Shown: piece by piece, positions 42,188 to 49,473 of the stretch | Numbering within the stretch: position 1 is the first letter of the stretch | Layout of the letters: each line of letters starts with the position of its first letter | Origin: an uncultured bacterium | GTDB taxonomy: Bacteria > Chlamydiota > Chlamydiia > Chlamydiales > JAJFMA01 | Length of the DNA stretch: 64,000 bases | Direction: 5' to 3' | NCBI GenBank assembly: GCA_964436955.1 | Contig: CAYTFC010000003.1 | Coordinates: 4,159 to 68,158, forward strand | The notes under the pieces: generated by a model | Databases searched by the model: none | The model's input: only the letters and a program-made list of their open reading frames with translations | Told to the model about the DNA's origin: nothing | Made by a program: the position numbers and the translations under genes

Positions 42188-43097
42188 TACCTAGCCCCTC
42201 CAGAAGCATATTAACGGAATTGATATGGACACGATCCCAACATACCAAGCTGCTGTTGGAGTTATGTGCGGCGAGGAAGACATTATTCATGCTACGTAGA
42301 GGGCTATTCAAGGCCAAGGGCTCGTGCTCAAAGACGTCTAATCCAGCTCCGGAAATTTGTTTGGTTTGCAAAGCCTGGACGAGATCAGATTCGTTAATTA
42401 ATGGCCCTCTGCCAGTATTGATAATAAAAGGACGGCGTTGCATTTGTGCAAAAGTAGCGGAGCTTAGGATATGCCTGGAGGTGGAATTAAGGTCGCAATG
42501 CAGAGAGATGATATCAGACTGACGTACTAACGTAGGAAGATCAACCATGGTGACATGTTCTTGTTCTTTTGACAAAATGTCATACGCCAAAATGCGCGCT
42601 CCACATGCTTGAAGTCGCTTTGCGAAGGCGGATCCTATTGCGCCGAGTCCAATGATTCCCACAGCGAGTTCAGAAAGGGCATATCCTTGTGGTTTGTGCC
42701 AGCCACCGCTCTTAAGAATGGAGTCATTGACAACGACATTGCGACAATAAGCTAGGGCATAAGCCAATGCTGTATCCGCAACGGGATCGGTGAAGGCGTT
42801 GGGGGTGCGGTAAACCTTAACCTGATATTTTTCGGCTTCGTCTTTCTGGATGGAATCGATACCGGTTCCCCATTTGACAACGACTTTAAGGTCTTTAGAT
42901 TGTTTATAGACGCTTTCACTAAAGCGATCATCCCCACAGATGATGCCATGCGCACCATTGAGATAGTGGATGAGCTCAGGTTCCTCAAGACGCTCTTCAA
43001 CGGCGGCCCAAACAACCTCTAAGGGTATTCCGCTTAAGAGAGGTTCGACCTTATGACGCTCACGCAGCATATAGGGCGCTGAAATTACGACTTTCAT
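42174..43097 (-). CDS. D-isomer-specific 2-hydroxyacid dehydrogenase family protein
   Basis: GIIGLGAIGSAFAKRL NAD motif, INTGRGPLINESDL, LDVFEHEP, AAHNS catalytic His region. Confidence 0.85.
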   Translation of the reverse strand: MKVVISAPYMLRERHKVEPLLSGIPLEVVWAAVEERLEEPELIHYLNGAHGIICGDDRFSESVYKQSKDLKVVVKWGTGIDSIQKDEAEKYQVKVYRTPNAFTDPVADTALAYALAYCRNVVVNDSILKSGGWHKPQGYALSELAVGIIGLGAIGSAFAKRLQACGARILAYDILSKEQEHVTMVDLPTLVRQSDIISLHCDLNSTSRHILSSATFAQMQRRPFIINTGRGPLINESDLVQALQTKQISGAGLDVFEHEPLALNSPLRSMNNVFLAAHNSNSSLVCWDRVHINSVNMLLEGLGIGQQ

Positions 43098-43101
43098 AAA
43101 A

Positions 43102-44661
43102 TCACATACTCTCTTTTGTCAATATGGCTCGTAGGGGAGCGCCATCGAGGTTTGGTAGATGCAGAGGTAGAGCGATAAGTTTGTATTTGCCGGGAGTTAC
43201 ATGCTTAAGATGTAGCCCCTCAACAATAATGGTATTTGCCTTCAGAAGAATTTCATGTGTGGCATTTGTGGGATCTTCAAACGCTTGTATCGAAGGTCCA
43301 TCGGTACCGATTAGATGGATGCCTTTTTGTACCAATAACTCAGCACTTTCGGGAGTAATTGCGATAAATTTTGGATCGAATTCTCCACACATTTCGGAAT
43401 TCTTTGTTTTAAGTAGAATGCGCGTAGTGGCAGCGGGAATATTTGCTGCGAGGAAGAACGACGGTTGGATATGGCCATTTCCGCGGTATTCTAGGACGTG
43501 AGCTTCGCCAATTAATTTGTCTAACCCGATGTCATGTGTAAAGGAACCGTCTTCAACAAAATGAAAGGGGGCATCCAGATGGGTTCCTGAGTGGGCACTT
43601 AACGAAACATGCGAAACATTGTGGCCATGTTCTGCCATCGTTTTGGTTTGAGAAATCTTTACGGGATGGTCGCCTGGCCACACAACCATACTAGAGGTAA
43701 TTGGTCGAGAAATGTCGATATATTCAGGTTTCATCGATGGCATATTGCTTTGCTGGCTAAAGGGCTTACGTGGGTAATAAAGTCGCCTACGCATCCCATC
43801 AGACATCGGTTCGCGATAGCGGTAGGCACGGAAAGTGCCCCAAAACTGCAAAAAGCGAAATAGCGGAATATCCATGAGGTTTGTGAGTAGTTTTCCATCC
43901 CTCAACGCATGGAAATAGTCTCCAATCGTATTCATGAGAGAGAATTTGGCAAAGCTCCACAAACCGAAATGATGATCCTTAAAGATCTCTTTGTAAGCTA
44001 GAGCCTCGCGGTAGTAGCGTCGATAGATCTGTGTGCTGGTTTCATCATGAATATGATAAACACTGGCTTCAGCAATGTATGCAATGCGATGGCCTTTTTG
44101 AAGGATGGCTTTGCCCCATGCGATGTCCTCTAGACCTGAGAGTGTTTCGTCAAATGGAGTTTGGTCCCATAAAGACCTTCGAATGGCCGAGTTGGCATTG
44201 TTGCAAAAGGCAAGCCCACAATCGGGATTGCTTTCCAGGGGAAACCATTTAGCAAAGATCTGATGTTCGGAATAGCGGGTTTGTTCATCACCTTGTTGAC
44301 GACCATAAACAAGCCCCACATTACTATCACGGCGAAGAGGTTCTACTAGATATTTCAACCACAATGTATTGGTGGGGTGGCAGTGTGCACTGATAACGAC
44401 TACTATGTTACCTTGTGCTTTGGCAATTCCCTGGTTTAACGAATAGCCAAATGTAAACTTCTCCGGAGATATTGTGACAATTTGTACAGGATAATCTCTG
44501 ACGATATCTAAAGTACCATCAATAGAACCAGAATCAACGACGATCACTTCAAAGGCAAGATCTATTTGTTGTGCATGAATTTCCTGAAGAAGACTCCCAA
44601 TATGCCTTGCTTCATTGTGAGTGCGGATGACAATGGAAATTTCGGGTTGCATCGAAGGCAT
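43102..44661 (-). CDS. fusion protein: N-terminal family-2 glycosyltransferase + C-terminal cyclase/kynurenine-formamidase-like domain
   Basis: GT2: ISIVIRTHNE, VIVVDSGSIDGT, LEDIAWG; cyclase family: AHSGTHLDAPFHF (HxGTHxDxPxH). Confidence 0.8.
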   Translation of the reverse strand: MPSMQPEISIVIRTHNEARHIGSLLQEIHAQQIDLAFEVIVVDSGSIDGTLDIVRDYPVQIVTISPEKFTFGYSLNQGIAKAQGNIVVVISAHCHPTNTLWLKYLVEPLRRDSNVGLVYGRQQGDEQTRYSEHQIFAKWFPLESNPDCGLAFCNNANSAIRRSLWDQTPFDETLSGLEDIAWGKAILQKGHRIAYIAEASVYHIHDETSTQIYRRYYREALAYKEIFKDHHFGLWSFAKFSLMNTIGDYFHALRDGKLLTNLMDIPLFRFLQFWGTFRAYRYREPMSDGMRRRLYYPRKPFSQQSNMPSMKPEYIDISRPITSSMVVWPGDHPVKISQTKTMAEHGHNVSHVSLSAHSGTHLDAPFHFVEDGSFTHDIGLDKLIGEAHVLEYRGNGHIQPSFFLAANIPAATTRILLKTKNSEMCGEFDPKFIAITPESAELLVQKGIHLIGTDGPSIQAFEDPTNATHEILLKANTIIVEGLHLKHVTPGKYKLIALPLHLPNLDGAPLRAILTKESM

Positions 44662-44785
44662 AGCAATAAAGGCCTATGTATCTTAGGGAGTTTGGATAAT
44701 CATGCGCGCCACTCTAAATTTAGTCAATTATTGACATAGCAAATATTACGAAAGACAGTATCGTCAAAATAAGGGAAACTATTAG

Positions 44786-44865
44786 GGCTGCCACTTCGGC
44801 GAAGTGGCTCTACATGTTTTGTTACACGTTGTAGCGCCGCTTCGCCGAAGCGGCATAAACAAAGG
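44786..44865. repeat. double-hairpin palindromic element (element D) in a divergent promoter region
   Basis: GCCACTTCG-G-CGAAGTGGC (44790-44808) and GCCGCTTCG-C-CGAAGCGGC (44836-44854); 44836-44865 matches 52651-52680 at 27/30. Confidence 0.85.
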
Positions 44866-44930
44866 CTTGGTATGGACATCGGATTCCTGGTATCGTTTTG
44901 ATATTCAACTCACAACCGCAGGGGACCAAA

Positions 44931-45677
44931 ATGAAGATCGTAGGTTGCATTCCCGCACGAATGGGGTCAAGTCGCTTTCCTGGAAAGCCTATGGAATTGA
45001 TCCATGGTGTACCGATGATTGGTCACGTCTATCTTAGAGCACGAGAGGCCACTTCCTTGAATGGGCTTTATGTAGCAACCTGTGATCAGGTAATCTTCGA
45101 TTACATCACCTCCATCGGAGGGATTGCAATTATGACTAGTGATGAACATCCAGGTTGTGTAGATCGTTGTACTGAAGCCTTATATGTTATAGAACAGCTA
45201 CAGGGAAAGCAGGTCGACGTGATGGTGATTATTCAGGGCGATGAACCTTTACTACGTCCAGAAATGATCGACGATGCGATTGCACCACTTAAGCAAGACC
45301 CTTCTATTTCCATTTCTAACTTGATGGGCCGCATTGAGGATCCTAAAGAGTTTAGTGATATCAATGAAATCAAGGTTGTGGTGGATTGTCATAGCAATGC
45401 TCTTTATTTTTCAAGAGAGCCAATTCCCTGCGGAAAAAAGGGGGAGGGCCATGCAAATCGATGGAAGCAAATTTGCATTATGCCAATACGTCGTGACTTG
45501 TTAATTCGATTTGGCGAAATGCCGCGCACATCACTAGAGATCTGTGAATCAATCGATATGTTAAGGCTATTGGAGAATGGTATTCCCGTTCGTATGGTGC
45601 CTACAAATCATGTGATGAAGAGTGTTGATACTCTAGAAGATCTTATTAAGGTTCGCGAATTAATGGAGGTTCATTAG
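44931..45677 (+). CDS. KdsB-like 3-deoxy-manno-octulosonate (or related ulosonic acid) cytidylyltransferase
   Basis: MKIVGCIPARMGSSRFPGKPM, IIQGDEPLL, ALYFSREPIP align by eye to E. coli KdsB; ATG 44931 preferred over TTG 44898. Confidence 0.8.
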   Translation: MKIVGCIPARMGSSRFPGKPMELIHGVPMIGHVYLRAREATSLNGLYVATCDQVIFDYITSIGGIAIMTSDEHPGCVDRCTEALYVIEQLQGKQVDVMVIIQGDEPLLRPEMIDDAIAPLKQDPSISISNLMGRIEDPKEFSDINEIKVVVDCHSNALYFSREPIPCGKKGEGHANRWKQICIMPIRRDLLIRFGEMPRTSLEICESIDMLRLLENGIPVRMVPTNHVMKSVDTLEDLIKVRELMEVH

Positions 45678-47449
45678 CCCGACGCCTCCACTGCTACCGG
45701 GTCTGTGCATAGGCGTTGGTAGAGATTAGATGTTTCTAACAACTCTTGATGCGTACCTTTCATCACAATGCGTCCAGCTTCTAGTACATGGATGCAATCA
45801 AAATTCTCAACTGTTGAAAGGCGATGCGCAATAGCTACTATCGTTTTACGACCAGCCATCTCCTTAATTGCTTGAGCGATGATCGATTCAGAAATATGAT
45901 CTAACGACGAAGTGGCTTCGTCAAACACAAGTATTTCTGGCTGATGGTAAAGCGCCCTAGCAATTCCCACGCGTTGCTTTTGTCCTCCTGAGAGCCTCAC
46001 GCCCCGTTCGCCAACGTGAGTGTTTGCTTTTTCAGGAAGTGTTTGCACAAATTCATGAAGATGGGCCATTACCAATGCATCGTGTAGCTTTTGGGTATCG
46101 ATAGTGGACTCACCAAATGCCACATTTTGAGCGATCGAGCCATCGACCAATGCGATGTCTTGCGGAACATAGCCAATTAGGTGCTTAATGCCCTGTAAAC
46201 TATGAACTGATTTGCCATCGATTTGGAATTTTCCTGAGTCAGGGGATAGTAAAGAAATCAGAATATCGACAAGAGTGCTTTTACCTACTCCAGATGGGCC
46301 CACAAAGGCAACCGAAGAATTTTTCATAATTTGGAAGCTAACGTCGTGTAAAACCTCTACGTCGTTTGAATAGGAGTAACATACATTTTCGAATGCTAAG
46401 CTACTTAAAAAGCTCCTTGCATGAGGCGAAAACTCTTGGTGCGTTGTTTCAATGTTTTTATGAAGTTCGAGATCTAAGCACTGCAAAGAGGCCTGAAATG
46501 CCTGCATTTGTATCCGTTGAGATACCACCTGGTTCACTGCGGGTAACAATCGCCTTCCCACTGCTCCCAGAAACAACATCGGAGCCACCAATTCAGAAGC
46601 GGGCCAATTCGAAAGTATCCAAACAACGACTACGCCTAGTAAGCCTATAAGAGCCACATATTCAATCAAGACCATAGGCACGGTTGGGTAGTAGACTGTT
46701 ACTGTTTGCGATCGTGCAATGCGCTTCACATAGCTGTCAAACAGCGAAGAAAAGTAGTTCTGTTTTTCATACAGCTTGACTTCTTTAAAGCTTAAAAGAC
46801 CATCGCTAATTGTTTGAAAAACTTTTGGAAAAATTGTTTCTTTTTCTTCTCCAGCCGCATTCATCGGTTTCTTTACAAGATGGTGCATCCAAGCACCAAT
46901 AAGTCCAAATAACGCAATCACTCCCATGGACAAAGCGAAAAATTCGGTTAATATCAGTATGGTCAAAAATATGGTCATGACGATAGCAGCAAGATAACGT
47001 AGATACTGCACCAGCGCATTTGCGCATTGGTCAATCGTAGTGGTACAGTTCTTCAGAAATAGCCCTGTATTACCTTTGATAAAGTCCTGATAGTTTTGAT
47101 GCAGATACCGATTAAAGATAAACAGCGCTTTTCTGCGATAGAATTGATAGGGAAATTTTGCAATTTGGTAGTTGAGGTACATCTGTAGCACAGATTTAAT
47201 GGTGATAGAAAGGCAGAATAGAACGGTAAGCCAAATGACTAGTTCCTTAGCTGTCCATTCCAAACCTGTCCAAACTTGTGCTACAGCAATGACGCGCTCC
47301 GGGTTACTGAGGACCTCCACATAGGGCACGATTAAAGCCAAGCCGAATGACTCGAAAAGAGAAAAGAAAATCATCAGGGCAAGGATAGCAAAAAAGCTAC
47401 GCTTTTCTTGAGTATTAAGGACGGCGATAATTAGCTTCCAGTTAGTCAC
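45674..47449 (-). CDS. ABC exporter, fused permease-ATPase (MsbA/PglK-like half transporter)
   Basis: 6-TM N-terminal domain; Walker A GPSGVGKST, signature LSGGQKQR, Walker B ILVFDEATSSLD. Confidence 0.9.
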   Translation of the reverse strand: MTNWKLIIAVLNTQEKRSFFAILALMIFFSLFESFGLALIVPYVEVLSNPERVIAVAQVWTGLEWTAKELVIWLTVLFCLSITIKSVLQMYLNYQIAKFPYQFYRRKALFIFNRYLHQNYQDFIKGNTGLFLKNCTTTIDQCANALVQYLRYLAAIVMTIFLTILILTEFFALSMGVIALFGLIGAWMHHLVKKPMNAAGEEKETIFPKVFQTISDGLLSFKEVKLYEKQNYFSSLFDSYVKRIARSQTVTVYYPTVPMVLIEYVALIGLLGVVVVWILSNWPASELVAPMLFLGAVGRRLLPAVNQVVSQRIQMQAFQASLQCLDLELHKNIETTHQEFSPHARSFLSSLAFENVCYSYSNDVEVLHDVSFQIMKNSSVAFVGPSGVGKSTLVDILISLLSPDSGKFQIDGKSVHSLQGIKHLIGYVPQDIALVDGSIAQNVAFGESTIDTQKLHDALVMAHLHEFVQTLPEKANTHVGERGVRLSGGQKQRVGIARALYHQPEILVFDEATSSLDHISESIIAQAIKEMAGRKTIVAIAHRLSTVENFDCIHVLEAGRIVMKGTHQELLETSNLYQRLCTDPVAVEASG

Positions 47450-47955
47450 TTTTTCGCTCCTACCGATTGTAAATCGGGAATAAGGCCATTCTTTAATAGG
47501 TATGTGGAACTGAATACGATGTCGTCAGTATAGTAGATGCGCCCGCCCACTGCTTCGATAGCCGCAATTTCTTCCTGCAGTTTAACGTCATCTGGCGTTT
47601 TCTGATACTCAATGCCTTTAATGTAAATGCTTGGAGCTAGCAGACGTATCGTAGGAGCCGCTGAGGGCCATCGATTGAGGCCAACATAATCAATGATGGA
47701 TAGAGCATTCAAATATTCACAACGTTGCCGGTGATTAAAAAAAGGTCTGCCTGGGCCTTTATTTACATAGCGATCTTCAGTCACCGTCACCACTAGAACA
47801 TCGCCTTGGCTCTTTGCTTCTTCAAAGTGCTTAAGGTGGCCGTAGTGTACAAGATCAAAGCACCCATGACAGTGAACGACACAAGTTCCCTGAGATTTTT
47901 TTAATGCGATTATTGCTGCCAGCTCATCTAGGTCTTTAATTTTATTTAAATCCAT
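47446..47955 (-). CDS. HxGH-type cytidylyl/adenylyl-transferase (RfaE domain II / TagD-like)
   Basis: HGCFDLVHYGHLKHFEEAK nucleotidyltransferase motif; IKGIEY ... GGRIYYT ... SSTYLL as in HldE domain II. Confidence 0.8.
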   Translation of the reverse strand: MDLNKIKDLDELAAIIALKKSQGTCVVHCHGCFDLVHYGHLKHFEEAKSQGDVLVVTVTEDRYVNKGPGRPFFNHRQRCEYLNALSIIDYVGLNRWPSAAPTIRLLAPSIYIKGIEYQKTPDDVKLQEEIAAIEAVGGRIYYTDDIVFSSTYLLKNGLIPDLQSVGAKK

Positions 47956-49447
47956 ATTTCAGCCCTTGTCTTAGATCCTCTATAGAAACCGGAATATTAC
48001 CTGTGCGGCTAACCTGGCATGCTGCAGCAAGACTGCCTAAAAAGGCACTTTCCCAAAGACTACCCCCAGCAATTAGAGTTAGGGCTGCGGCTGTCAGCAG
48101 GGAATCACCAGCGCCGGCAACGTCTTTTGGAGAGCTGTTAAGCGCTGGTAGCTTGTCTGTATGGAAAATAGACGAACCCGCTTCTGCGGAATACATAAGA
48201 ATACCTTCAGCGCCTAAAGTGATCACAACGTTCTGAGCATTACATTTATGGCAAAGGTTTTGAGCCAATACAGCCAAACCAGAATCATAGTCCTTTAGGG
48301 CAATTCGGGCTTCGCGCTCAGTGGGAGTAATGAGTTTCATTCCCATAAACCGTGATACGTCACCAATTTGTGAGGAGGACTGACTGTCTGCGACCATGGC
48401 AATGCCCTTGTCTGTGCAATGACGAGTAAGGACATCTACCATTGATTGGGGCAAACAGCCGTAGCTAAAATCGGAAAAAATGACGACGTCACATCCCTCA
48501 ATGCACTCTTGAAGGTCTTTCAACATGCGTTGAGATGTTTCATTCGAGATCGCATGTTGTCGCAGATGGTTAACTCGCAATAACGTTTTTCCTGCCGCGC
48601 GAAAACGTTGCTTGAGTGTAGTAGGTCGCTCGGGTTCAACATAAAATGTGGCCTTCACACCTTCTTGCATTAAGCGCTGACGAACAAAACTAGCAGGTTC
48701 ATCCTGACCTAATACGGAAAAGAACGAAACTTCTGCTCCTAAGCGCTTAGCATGGGCTGCAACTATAGCCGCTCCCCCCACAAACGTTTCGCGCATTAGA
48801 GGGCTGACAACTATGGTAGGATCCTCCTGTGACATGCCTAAGGCTTCACAATCAATGTATTCATCAATAATGGTATCTCCAATCACGCATACTTTGACGG
48901 AGGTAAATGATTCAAAAAGAGTAGGTAGGCGATGCAGTCCGCTTCCATGGCGCTCTAAAAAATTCGATGGAATATGGATGCCTGTTGCGGAGACCTCCTT
49001 GATCTGTTTTCTCAATAGATCAAAAGATGAAAACCCGATGTCTCCAGAGCAAAAGGCTAAGCGTCCTCCATACTTTTGTAATACCGCGGTTTCAGGATTA
49101 TCTCTTCCCTCGTGTTCCTTACCCTTAACAACAATTTCGGGACGCAGCCATTCCACAATTTGAGCAGATGGATCGCGCATGATGAATGCATGATCTACCC
49201 AAGTTGTCTCCTGAATTGCTTCCAAACGAATGGCCTCTGGCAGAAGAGTATCTGGAAAATCGTCTGATGTGACCCCCACAACCAAGCAATCGCCACTTTC
49301 AGCAGCGAAGCGTAATAGGCGTAAATGGCCAGGGTGAAGGATATTGAAATTGCCTGGGACAAAAACAATGCTACTGCCAGTACCGGCCTTGATCCTTATC
49401 TGTTCTAGATAATCCTTGCAGTTAACGGGAACTGTATTTGACACCAT
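47942..49447 (-). CDS. bifunctional HldE-like protein with inverted domain order (N-terminal HxGH nucleotidyltransferase + C-terminal PfkB sugar kinase)
   Basis: N-term PGNFNILHPGHLRLLRFA; C-term VCVIGDTIIDEY ... GGAAIVAAHAKRLGA ... DVAGAGDSLLTAAAL (PfkB signature). Confidence 0.8.
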   Translation of the reverse strand: MVSNTVPVNCKDYLEQIRIKAGTGSSIVFVPGNFNILHPGHLRLLRFAAESGDCLVVGVTSDDFPDTLLPEAIRLEAIQETTWVDHAFIMRDPSAQIVEWLRPEIVVKGKEHEGRDNPETAVLQKYGGRLAFCSGDIGFSSFDLLRKQIKEVSATGIHIPSNFLERHGSGLHRLPTLFESFTSVKVCVIGDTIIDEYIDCEALGMSQEDPTIVVSPLMRETFVGGAAIVAAHAKRLGAEVSFFSVLGQDEPASFVRQRLMQEGVKATFYVEPERPTTLKQRFRAAGKTLLRVNHLRQHAISNETSQRMLKDLQECIEGCDVVIFSDFSYGCLPQSMVDVLTRHCTDKGIAMVADSQSSSQIGDVSRFMGMKLITPTEREARIALKDYDSGLAVLAQNLCHKCNAQNVVITLGAEGILMYSAEAGSSIFHTDKLPALNSSPKDVAGAGDSLLTAAALTLIAGGSLWESAFLGSLAAACQVSRTGNIPVSIEDLRQGLKYGFK

Positions 49448-49473
49448 ATTTTAAACTCCTCCCACCTAAGTAT

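Noticed and set aside
44804-45037. 77-aa plus-strand ORF starting inside element D
   Set aside because: It starts within a palindrome and runs out of frame into the well-supported kdsB-like gene (ATG 44931). It is a repeat-driven artefact.
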